Positions 34,401-45,315 of a DNA stretch of 45,590 nucleotides are shown here, in pieces. Under the pieces are notes generated by a model that did no database searches, had not been told where the DNA came from, and was given only the letters and a program-made list of their open reading frames with translations. The position numbers and the translations under genes were made by a program. Each line of letters opens with the position of its first letter. The first letter of the stretch is position 1. Where the stretch lies: the NCBI GenBank assembly GCA_002269645.1, contig NIVC01004449.1, positions 1 to 45,590 on the forward strand. Reading direction: 5' to 3'. Origin of the DNA: Macrostomum lignano (Eukaryota).

Positions 34401-37400
34401 CTGCTCCACCCGCTCCTGGTGAGCGCCGAGGTCGGCCTCGAAAGCCACCTGCTTGTTCATCATGGCTTTGAGGTCGTTCAGCTTGCACGATTTAAAGTCC
34501 TGCGACTGCTGCTGCGCCTCCTTGCCCTCCATCCAGGCCTCGTGGTTGCCGCACTTCAGCACGAACTTCTTGTACAGATTCTCCAGCCTGCGAACGGGTG
34601 AGTCAGGAGCTATGCTTACTGCATTGAGGATATTCTCAACTGTGCAACAGCCACCGCCCCAATCTCACCTGTGCAACACCCGCCACCCCATTCTCACCTG
34701 TGCAACACCCACCATCCCATTCTCACCTGTGCAACACCCACCACCCCAATATCACCTGTGCAACACCCACCACCCCAATATCACCTGTGCAACACCCACC
34801 ACCCCAATATCACCTGTGCAACACCCACCACCCCAATCTCACCTGTGCAACACCCGCCACCCCATTCTCACCTGTGCAACACCCACCACCCCAATCTCAC
34901 CTGTGCAACACCCGCCACCCCATTCTCACCTGTGCAACAACCACCACCCCAATATCACCTGTGCAACACCCACCACCTCAATCTCACCTGTGCAACACCC
35001 ACCACCTCAATCTCACCTGTGCAACACCCACCACCTCAATCTCACCTGTGCAACACCCACCACCTCAATCTCACCTGTGCAACACCCACCACCTCAATCT
35101 CACCTGTGCAACACCCGCCACCCCATTCTCACCTGTGCAACACCCGCCACCCCAATCTCACCTGTGCAACACCCGCCACCCCAATCTCACCTGTGCAACA
35201 ACCACCACCCCAATATCACCTGTGCAACACCCGCCACCCCAATCTCACCTGTGCAACACCCGCCACCCCAATCTCACCTGTGCAACACCCACCACCTCAA
35301 TCTCACCTGTGCAACACCCACCACCTCAATCTCACCTGTGCAACACCCGCCACCTCAATCTCACCTGTGCAACACCCACCACCTCAATCTCACCTGTGCA
35401 ACACCCACCACCTCAATCTCACCTGTGCAACACCCGCCACCTCAATCTCACCTGTGCAACACCCACCACCTCAATCTCACCTGTGCAACACCCACCACCT
35501 CAATCTCACCTGTGCAACACCCGCCACCTCAATCTCACCTGTGCAACACCCACCACCCCAATCTCACCTGTGCAACACCCGCCACCCCAATCTCACCTGT
35601 GCAGCCGCTGCATCTCCGCCAGCATCCACTCCTCGAATCCTTTCTCGGCCTTCTCCAGCCCCTTCCAGGCGTTGGCGATGTCGGAGACCAGCTTGCCCTC
35701 GGTGGGCAGGTAGGCGGGCCGGTTGCTGAGGCGCAGTCGAGTCTGCAAGGTGTTGAAGGTGGTCTCCAGCAGGGCCTTCTCCTCCAGCTTGGGCGGCTTC
35801 TCAGCCCGGCGATAGTCTCGAAACTGGTTGAGGCGGTCGCGAACGCCGTCCAGGGTGTTGTCGGTGCTGCGGTCCTCCAGGATCGGGCGGGTCCGCTTGA
35901 TCCAGGCTAGCAGGTCGCTGGCCAGGCGCTCGTAGAGGTCCATGAGCTTCTCGTTCTCCTGGTTGACGCGGAGCACCTTGCAGATCCGGTTGGCGGCGGT
36001 CTCCGCCTTCTGGGCGCCCGAGAAGGCGTGGTAGTAGGCGGACACGTAGGTCATCACGGACCGCTCGTCCGGCTTCACGTTGTTCACCATGTCTGCGGGG
36101 CGTGATGCCAGTGTACAGGTGTGATGCCAGTGTACAGGTGTGATGCCTGTGTACAGGTGTGATGCCAGTGTACAGGTGTGATGCCAGTGTACAGGTGTGA
36201 TGCCAGTGTACAGGTGTGATGCCAGTGTACAGGTGTGATGCCAGTGTACAGGTGTGATGCCTGTGTACAGGTGTGATGCCAGTGTACAGGTGTGATGCCA
36301 GTGTACAGGTGTGATGCCAGTGTACAGGTGTGATGCCAGTGTACAGGTGTGATGCCACTGTACAGACAAGATTGGAAGCATAGAAATCCTATGTATAGAT
36401 GAGAGGACATTATGGGCTGCACTCAGATCCCAGCGCTCACCTTCGGGATCTAACATCCTGGGAATGTCCAGGTGCTTCTCGGCCACATCGAAAGCGAGGT
36501 TCAGGTTTTCCAGCGGGTTGTCCTGCAGTTTTTACAGCGTCGGCGAGCATTTGAGGCTGGCTAATATAAAGCAATAAAACTGCTTTGCACTCATTCAAGG
36601 CAGCCCGCTTGAGAATTTTATGGCTGCTATAAAAGTGGTTAGTAGAAACACCAGACAGCAGGCATGAGTACAGGCAGGGAGGTGGCAGGCAGGCAACTCA
36701 CTTTGCTCAGCTTGTCATAGTCGATGAGCTCCGGCCTGTGCCTGTGGATCAGCGCACAGAATGCCAGGCCGTCCTGAAAGCTGCAAGAGTAGAAAAGGGG
36801 GGTCCCGGCAGCTGCAGGGGGTTCGGAACGGCATGCGGTGCTGGGAGGCAAATGTGAGTAGCTGAACAACAGGAATGCCCGAAATCTGCTGCAATCCCTA
36901 TCTACAGACACTGTAATCCCTGTCTACAGACACTGTAATCCTTATCTACAGACAGTGTAATCCATATCTACAGACAGTGCAATACCTATCTACAGGCACT
37001 TTAATTAATCCTTATCTACAGACACTGTAATCCCTATCTACACACACTGCAGTCTCTATCTACAGACACTGCAGTCTCTATCTACAGACACTGTAATCTC
37101 TATCTGCAGACACTGTAATCTCTATCTGCAGACACGGTAATCTCTATCTACAGACACTGTAATCTCTATCTACAGACACTGTAATCCCTATCTACAAACA
37201 CTGCAGTCTCTATCTACACACACTGCAGTCTCTATCTACAGACACTGTAATCCCTATCTACACACACTGCAGTCTCTATCTACACACACTGCAGTCTCTA
37301 TCTACAGACACTGTAATCCCTATCTACACACACTGCAGTCTCTATCTACACACACTGCAGTCTCTATCTACAGACACTGTAATCTCTATCTGCAGACACT

Positions 37401-40400
37401 GTAATCTCTATCTACAGACACTGTAATCTCTATCTACAGACACTGTAATCCCTATCTACAGACACTGTAATCCCTACCTACAGACACTGTAATCCCTACC
37501 TACAGACACTGTAATCCCTATCTACAGACACTGTAATCTTTATCTACAGACAGTGTAATCCATATCTACAGACAGTGCAATACCTATCTACAGGCACTTT
37601 AATTAATCCTTATCTACAGACACTGTAATCCCTATCTACACACACTGCAGTCTCTATCTACAGACACTGTAATCCCTATCTACAGACACTGTAATCTCTA
37701 TCTACAGACACTGTAATCCCTATCTACAGACACTGTAATCCCTGTCTACAGACACTGTAATCCCTGTCTACAGACACTGTAACCCTTATCTACAGACAGT
37801 GTAATCCATATCTACAGACAGTGCAATACCTATCTACAGGCACTTTAATTAATCCTTATCTACAGACACTGTAATCCCTATCTACACACACTGCAGTCTC
37901 TATCTACAGACACTGTAATCCCAATCTACAGACACTGTAATCCCTGTCTAGACACTGCACCACCCCACCCAGCAGGATTGCAGCAGAATCAGGTGACAGA
38001 ACAGCAACGTCAGCAAGCAGCTCATGCGGTGAGAAGGCAAGCGACAATGCATTGAACAGCAGAGGTCAGTCGGCATGCCCTGCAGGCGAGCGCACTGACT
38101 GACCCTTGAGAGCTTCGAATAGTCGAGCAGCTCCGGCCTGTGCCGGTGGATGAGCGCGCAGAAGGCCAGGCCGTCCTTCCAGCTGCGATCGAGTTGCGCA
38201 ACAGGTGGACGGAGCGCGTTGGGATTCCGAAATTGATGCTGAGCTCTCCCAGATCCCCTAATCCCAATTTAGCACAGAGCGCCCCTTGCCCAGCCAGCTC
38301 ACCTCATGTGAAAGTTCTGCACGTTCACGTTCTTGTAGGGAGCGGTCTTGCGCTGGCACCACAGCAGGAGGCCCTCCTTGGCGGTCATCTCTGCGTTTGG
38401 CGGCGTGGTTTAAAGTACAACTGCACTAATATTGACAACCAGTAAAATTCTGACTTACCTTCAACGGTGATGTCCTGGATGGCGAAGCGGAGGATGATCG
38501 TCCAGATCATGCCCAGCGTCATCTTCACGTTGCCGTCAACGATTTCTGAAATTCCAGTTTTAAGCCACGAGATAAATGACCGCGAGCCTTCTAGAGGGAC
38601 CAGATTCTCCACGGCGCCAGACACTCGTATCTAGAGGCGCCAGACACTCGTATCTAGAGGCGCCAAATACTCGTATCCAGAGGCGCCAGACACTCGTATC
38701 TAGAGGCGCCAGGCACTCGTATCTAGAGGCGCCAGACACTCGTATCTAGAGGCACCAGAATCTCTTTTACAGAAGCGCCAGACACTCGTATCTAGAGGCG
38801 CCAAATACTCGTATCTAGAGGCACCAGACTCTCTTTTACAGAAGCGCCAGACACTCGTATCTAGAGGCGCCAAATACTCGTATCTAGAGGCACCAGACTC
38901 TCTTTTACAGAAGCGCCAGACACCCACCCAGAGGCGCCAGACACGTATCTAGAGGCGCCAGACACTTGTATCTAGAGGCGCCAAATACTCGTATCTAGAG
39001 GCACCAGACTCTCTTTTACAGAGGCGCCAGACACACTCACCCAGAGGCGCGAGATACTTTCATCAAGAGGCGCCAGACACTCACCCAGAGGCGCGAGATA
39101 CTTTCATCAAGAGGCGCCAGACGCTCACCCAGAGGCACCCGACACTCGTATCTAGAGGCACCAAATACTCGTATCAAGAGGCACCAGACTCTCTTTTACA
39201 GAGGCGCCAGACACACTCACCCAGAGGCGCGAGATACTTTCATCAAGAGGCGCCAGACACTCACCCACAAGCGCCAGATACTCGTACCCAGGGGCGCCAG
39301 ACACTCATTTAGAGGCGCCAGATACTCGTATGCAGAGACGACAGACACTCATCCAGAGGCGCCAGATACTCGTATCAAGAGACGCCAGGCACTCTCACCC
39401 AGAGGCGCCAGGCACTCTCATCCAGAGGCGCCAAAAACTCCAAACCTCCCCACCAAAGCGCCACTCACCCTCGGCGCCAATGGACACGAGCTGCACGCCC
39501 TTGCGCTCGATGAACTCCAGCGCCTTGTTAACATTGTTAATCTTGTGAAAGCGCATCCGGCCCCGCTCTGGCTTGGGCAAAGCCTCGCTCGAAATCACCT
39601 CCAGCAGCAGCATGAGCTTCAAGCCGGAGCACAGGTCCTGGGTGATGTCCTCGATGGATGTGTCAGCTTTGCGCAGGAAGGAATTGATCCAGGCTGTGAA
39701 TGTCTGTGCATGTGCAAAACAGTTTGTTCAACATTAATGGAAGGTTTGTAATGGAAGACAAAATCTTTGATATTGAAATTACAAGCTATATTGGATGGTT
39801 AAATATATATAGATATTGAAGATTAAATATTGATACATTTTAAAATCAGATTATATACAAGACTATCATTAATCTTATACAAGAAGTAACTAAACAAAAG
39901 GAATATGAGCTATATGAAAAAATTCAAAAATATTTTTCAATCATAGATTAATTAAAGATTGAATAAGATACATAGCTTAGTATTAAATTTTTGAGAGCAA
40001 AATAAAATTATTTATTATTATAAAAAGGATCATCATCTTTAAAAATCTTTATTGCTATTTTATTTTTATAATAATTTCATCCTTGAGTTTAAAGCAAAGT
40101 TGTACATTCACTAGCATAATGGAATATTAAATGTTTAGTACATATGCATATCATTGTTACATTAAGATAGTGATAAAGAGCATACTTACTATATATAAAT
40201 ACATATATAACAATGAGAAAAGATGAAGATGGGATAGTGCAAATTACAAATCTAAATAAATAGAAAATATTTTAGCTTTAACTACTAAGTTAGTTTTCTA
40301 CATATTAGAGTTTATTACCCTAAGCACAAAAAACTTAAATCATATGCCTAAGTTGGTCATTTCTGCAGTCAAAGGATAATATGCAACTAAAGCCAAAGGA

Positions 40401-40856
40401 CAATAAACTACCAAGTCTAATTTGATAGTTGATTATAGACTAGTGATATCATTAGTCTTTTGATTATTTTATCACAAAAGAAACAACCGTCTTTCAAATT
40501 TAGTAGGAGAAATGTAGCACTGAAAGCTGCGCTGGCCTAGATTTTTAAGTCAGATTTTTATAGTAAGGCTTAAAATATTTTAATTGAATTTTTTTTAATT
40601 TAAAATTACAGCTTTTAGCAGCAATTAGACAATAAAACTATACACCTGCGATTAGTTCTAGAGCTCATGACCATGTTGCATTGAATAAACATTTAAAAGC
40701 GAAATGTACCTTTTTCTGCTGGATCTCCCACGCAGGGTCCAAAAAGTCTTCCCTGTTCCATTCTTCCTCTTCTTCTTCTTCGCCATCATAGTACCCAGGA
40801 CCATTATTGTACGCTGAGCCATTGTTGCTGTTATAATACTGCCCTGAATTAGCCAT
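28408..40856 (-). CDS. ACTN: Alpha-actinin, 13 coding exons: 40710-40856, 39469-39703, 38459-38545, 38303-38390, (38104-38182 or 36702-36780), 36441-36522, 35597-36092, 34282-34587, 33624-33942, 31568-31822, 30726-30892, 29327-29633, 28408-28566; 2727 nt = 908 aa + stop
   Basis: [18 protein letters not shown]1-CH2 actin-binding domain ([58 protein letters not shown]), spectrin repeats ([23 protein letters not shown]), EF hands and C-terminus [13 protein letters not shown]...LYGETDL*. All junctions are GT-AG and in frame. Confidence 0.97.
28790..29292. repeat. 21-bp minisatellite (TCAGGTCAGCTGGGTCAAGTG)n in actinin intron 12
   Basis: Directly visible. Confidence 0.93.
29903..30200. repeat. 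43-bp minisatellite (~7 copies) in actinin intron 11
   Basis: GTACACTCTCTGTGCCTTGGGGGCTGGCCATCAAGGGCGGCAT. Confidence 0.95.
30935..31535. repeat. ~28-29-bp minisatellite (GGGATCTGGGATTCTGGGATAACTGAGTT)n in actinin intron 10
   Basis: Directly visible. Confidence 0.93.
31880..32130. repeat. ~22-bp minisatellite (GATTAGTTTTGGGACTGGGATC)n in actinin intron 9
   Basis: Directly visible. Confidence 0.88.
33370..33605. repeat. CATGACCC-based composite minisatellite in actinin intron 9
   Basis: Directly visible. Confidence 0.85.
33972..34262. repeat. 18-bp minisatellite (CTCCGCTGCCCTCCTGAC)n in actinin intron 8
   Basis: About 16 units. Confidence 0.93.
34640..35600. repeat. 29-bp minisatellite (~33 units) in actinin intron 7; sense unit GTGAGATTGGGGTGGCGGGTGTTGCACAG
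   Basis: Directly visible; contiguous with the exon 7 donor site. Confidence 0.95.
36103..36362. repeat. 20-bp minisatellite (GTGTGATGCCAGTGTACAGG-type) in actinin intron 6
   Basis: About 13 units. Confidence 0.93.
36702..36780 (-). CDS. ACTN: Alpha-actinin alternative exon 5b (79 nt; (S)[26 protein letters not shown])
   Basis: Acceptor ccttttctactcttgcag at 36781, donor GTGAGT at 36701; same length and phases as 5a. Confidence 0.85.
36895..37950. repeat. 22-bp minisatellite (ATCTACAGACACTGTAATCCCT)n between actinin exons 5a and 5b
   Basis: Directly visible, with higher-order duplicated blocks. Confidence 0.93.
38104..38182 (-). CDS. ACTN: Alpha-actinin alternative exon 5a (79 nt; (S)[26 protein letters not shown])
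   Basis: Acceptor ...gatcgcag at 38183, donor GTCAGT at 38103; phase 2 to phase 0, matching the flanking exons. Confidence 0.88.
38610..39430. repeat. ~23-bp composite minisatellite (GAGGCGCCAGACACTCGTATCTA) in actinin intron 2
   Basis: Directly visible. Confidence 0.9.
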
Positions 40857-41213
40857 ACTTAAAGATGACAAACTAAGTATGCCGAACTGAACCAAATATC
40901 CGAGATGCAGTGGATGATGGATTCAGGAAGAAAAATTGACTGAACTTTTTCATTCAAATATAATTGTGGATGTTAATAAAAAGCAGTGAAACAAATGCAC
41001 AACAACAGTTAGTTATTTGTCGTATGCAGCATTTTAAATTAAAAAAGAATACTAAAATTTTATTTTTTAAACCTTCTCAACTTGAAAGCTTTTATTTCTA
41101 AATTTCATTTTGTGCGTCTCTGGTAAATTCAGTTTGTGAAACTACCATCTATTTTTAGTGAATCACAATTTCATGAGGTCGTAAAGCGTGATTTAGACGA
41201 TCCAAATGACGAT

Positions 41214-44130
41214 ATGAATGCCGATTTTGATGAAACAACGTTGTTTCTAACAAACAAAAACGGATTTCCAATTGACGATGGCACCTGGAGCAATATGTGG
41301 AAATTTGCTGAGTATCAGCAACCCAAAGCTAAAGAAAAGATTCGAAGTATAAGAGCGACTTCAGCAAACGATTTGGCTGAGGTATAGTAATAAATGTATT
41401 TGAAATGCATGCATATGCCATCCACTCTACGGTTCTTAAAATAAAAGACTCTTGAAAACTCTTGTTATCTCATTATCTGTTTTCCTCTGTAAATAGCCAA
41501 AGGCTATTCTCATCGCTTTCTGACAAATTTTGAGTTAAATCATATACACGAATCTTTTCCCTATTTTCAGCCAAAAATCCCAGTGCCTCCACTTACATTT
41601 CCGATTGGTTCGACGACATCGTCGAAAATACTGGCCGTTCAAAAATACTTTGCTGAGCTGCAGTAAGTGAATGGTATATTTGGCCTTTTGCTGCATACAC
41701 TGGAACAAGATCTTTGCCTTAAACTATTTTGAGCAGAGTTTCAAACAAAAAGGTCCCTAAAGAGTCAATAATTTTTTATCCTCCCTATCTATCGTTCGCA
41801 ATCATTTTAGATACAATCATACTGGCACGCAATTTTTTGAAATAAAAAAGTACCGCTCTTTTACTGGGTAAGATCAGAAAAACATGAAAGAATTGCTGTT
41901 ACGAAAATCACAAAAGCCGAGCCTTCATCTCATTGCAGTCTCATGGAAGATGCCAAACAGATGATAAAAGAATCTCTGCCAATAAAATGCCTGGAGGCCG
42001 TTGTCCTCGGAATGTAAGTGCTGATCCGGTTTACATCTAATTGCTTCAGTGTTATCGCAATAGCAATCTCTGAATTCTACGAGTATTGCGAGACCCTCGC
42101 GACAACCTGATTCCAACCCCCAGCTACCTGACCAACAAGATCGAGGACCTCACCCGCTTCGCAATCGGATTCAAGTCGGTCTTCAACGGTCACGTGCACC
42201 GGCACGTCGTGCTGGGCCTGTACAGCAAGGGGATGTTCGGAGCTCTTGGGATCAGCCGGCGAGACGATCTGATGTACAAACCGCTGACCTTTAAGGTAAC
42301 TTTGGTTGGTGTACTCGGAAATTTCTAATGCAAGCGAATACTGCAGTAGTAATGCAGGCAACCCAGCATTCCCCTGTAAACCCCAGCAGACTCTAACGGA
42401 ACTCATCATGGAGTACAAGGCGGCCTACCAGCGGCACTGGCACAAGCTGAAGCAGGTGAAGATCGGCATGGCCATCGGCAAGAATCCGCACAGCTTCGAG
42501 CCGCTGCCGTGGAAGGTGCCGTCTGAGCTTCAATTTGCAAGATTTCAAGTTCTGCTTGGCGCACGCACGCTCTGTCATGTCGCCCCCCTCCCCTCCTCCC
42601 GTACTCCAGGGCCTGACAGTCTTCCCCAGCAGCCAGCCGTTTGAGGAGATGCGCAGTGAGCTGGAGAAATTCTCTAAGCTGGTGAGCAAAGTTTCAGAAT
42701 AGGGGGGGGGCTTCAGCACGTTTTAGGACTAAAATTTTTCATAAAGAACCAGCCTGGCCAGTTTGAATGGGCTCACAGCTACCAGAATAAGAATCGTATT
42801 TTACGATCTGTGAATGAGCTTCACTGCTCATGATTGATAAGCTCAAAGCGGCTACACTGAGCTCTGCTCTGGTGGCCGGTCCTGGGCTGATAGCAATGAG
42901 CAGGCGGCTTGACTGCACCAGACAGGGTGTCCTGGGGCTGATAGCAATGAGCAGGCGGCTTGACTGCACCAGACAGGGTGTCCTGGATCTGATAAAGTAA
43001 TTTTAATGACATTGCATGTGTGAGGAGAAGAAACTGATGCAAATCAATTGAAACCGTAATTGGATAAAACAGAGCGAAACCCCCATGATATCAATGACAT
43101 TCTGGGCCTATGAACAATTAGTAAGGGCACTGGAATCTGTACTAAGGGCACTGAATTCAGTACTAAGGGCACTGAAGTCAGTACTAAGGGCACTGAAGTC
43201 AGTACTAAGGGCACTGAAGTCAGTACTAAGGGCACTGAAATCAATACTAAGGGCACTGAGGTCAGTACTAATGGCACTGAAGTCAGTACTAAGGGCACTG
43301 AAGTCAGTACTAAGGGCACTGAAATCAGTACTAAGGGCACTGAAGTCAGTACTAAGGGCACTGAAGTCAGTACTAAGGCCACTGAAGTCAGTACTAAGGG
43401 CACTGAAGTCAGTACTAAGGCCACTGAAGTCAGTACTAAGGGCACTGAAATCAGTACTAAGGGCACTGAAGTCAGTACTAAGGGCACTGAAATCAGTACT
43501 AAGAACACTGAAGTCAGTACTAAGGGCACTGAAATCAGTACTAAGGGCACTGAAATCAGTACTAAGGGCACTGAAATCAGTACTAAGGGCACTGAAATCA
43601 GTACTAAGGGCACTGAAATCAGTACTAAGGGCACTGAAATCAGTACTAAGGGCACTGAAATCAGTACTAAGGGCACTGAAATCAGTACTAAGGGCACTGA
43701 AATCAGTACTAAGGGCACTGAAATCAGTACTAAGGGCACTGAAATCAGTACTAAGGGCACTGAAATCAGTACTAAGGGCACTGAAGTCAGGGCTTTCCGC
43801 CATGACATCCGCCATGCAGGTGAGGCACGGCGCCAGCTTCTCCCACCAGCAGCAGGCGGCGGCCCGCCGGGAGCGGCTGCCCCGCAGTGCCAGCCTGCCG
43901 GCCCTCAGCCAGCCGGCCTCCCCGCAGCGCTCCGCCCAAGAGCCCGCGCAGCACCGCGGCAGACAGCAGCAGCAGCAGCAGCAGCAGTCAGCAACTCCTC
44001 AGAAGTCGCTGCTGATGCGGTGAGTTGTTGACAGCCGCCCTCAACGCTTGCAGGCAGCGACAAAAACTCCTTCATCCTCATTTGCCCCCCGCATTTCAGA
44101 AAGAAGTCCGGCTACCTTCTTCGCATCTGA
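41214..44130 (+). CDS. VASH: Vasohibin-family tubulinyl-Tyr carboxypeptidase, exons 41214-41381, 41571-41662, 41811-41867, 41939-42013, 42124-42295, 42390-42515, 42610-42681, 43820-44019, 44100-44130 (~330 aa). The start codon is uncertain because the frame is open upstream to 41136.
   Basis: NKNGFPIDDGTWSNMWK, LAVQKYFAELQYNHTGTQFFEIKK, catalytic ESLPIKCLEAV (Cys), HRHVVLG (His), GALGISRRDDLMYKP, and C-terminus SGYLLRI*, equivalent to vertebrate GYQIRV/I. Junctions are GT-AG and the total of 993 nt is in frame. Confidence 0.92.
43120..43790. repeat. 21-bp minisatellite (AAGGGCACTGAAATCAGTACT)n in vasohibin intron 7
   Basis: About 32 units. Confidence 0.95.
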
Positions 44131-44747
44131 TTTCGGCCGCCAACTTCGTGAAAGCTGCCAAAACTGACCTCAATACGAGCTAGTAGAATCTTGTGATATT
44201 TTGTGATTTTTGTGATTTTTTCTGCACAACTTGTTAGGCAGTGCGGCAGTGCACAGAGCATAGCGCTGCACATTGCGGAGAGCGAGAGCTACAAGAATCT
44301 CTCAGACCAGTTGGGTCCCCAGTGAGACCAAGAGGCGGGCCAGTCCAGAGCTCAAAGTGCCGCCCGCACTTCCTGCCGGCCTTAGAGGGAAGGAGTTGCT
44401 TGCTGCTGCGAACTCAGAGCAGGCGCATTCTGAATACAAACCAGCTGTTCCTGTGCCTGCACGCGTTCACGCAGTACAGATTTTTTTAAATACATGAGCT
44501 ATTTTACATTGCATTAGAAATCATGTGTAGGCATCTCTCACACTGACTTGCAACTTGCAGTTTTTCTAAACTCTTGGTACTTATTGGTGGAGCTCGTGTT
44601 GAGAGCAGGTGAGGAAGAAGGCGTTCGGTGCTGCTGTCACATCGACCTACTGGTGACTGGAACAGCGGCTTTTGAACATCGAAATTTAGAATTTTTCTGG
44701 CCAGATAAATGGCAAATTTTGCATTCTCCTCGTGTCTGACTACTCAG

Positions 44748-44828
44748 TAAAATAACTACTCAGTACACTGACTACTCAGTACACTGACTACTCAGTACAC
44801 TGACTACTCAGTACACTGATTACTCAGT
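44748..44828. repeat. 16-bp minisatellite (CAGTACACTGACTACT)n
   Basis: About 5 units. Confidence 0.85.
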
Positions 44829-45315
44829 CCCAACTTTGGTGATACTCTGACTGTAAACTCTTGCAGCCCTTCAAACACGGCCAATTCTCCCTGCCAGAAT
44901 TCCAGTAACAACGTGAATTATTTGTTAAAATCTGTCAATATCTGGCCAGATGTGCCTGAGAACTTTTCGCTTCAATGAACCCCTGTCAAATCCATCTCGT
45001 CATTCTCATGCTGCAGCTGCCCGTGGAAATAATCTCACAGGTTCCCATCACTCAGTTCTCTCTGCACCTTTGTCACAGGCCTCAGAAATGACAAATATTG
45101 AAAACAGCTTCTGAATTGCTACAAGTTTGTTTAGAAACGGGGCATCACCAAAGGACAGTATGCTCTTTGAAAATTCCATAACGGATCGCAGTTTTCCGAG
45201 GCAGGCAGTCGGTAGCGACTTGCTGAAGAGCTTGCAAAAGTGCATCAAAATTAAAGATATCGAGCGCTCAGGAGGAGCTGCTGCACGGCTGCTCAACGGA
45301 TGAATTCCAGGGGCA

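Noticed and set aside
33382-35910. Long GGQEGS and TCATP/HLCN-repeat ORFs (mucin- or metallothionein-like)
   Set aside because: Minisatellites in actinin introns 7-8, or the antisense of GC-rich exons.
43044-44023. 312-aa RALKSVL 'coiled-coil' ORF and its antisense ORFs
   Set aside because: A 21-bp intronic minisatellite read into vasohibin exon 8; a clean GT-AG model skips it.
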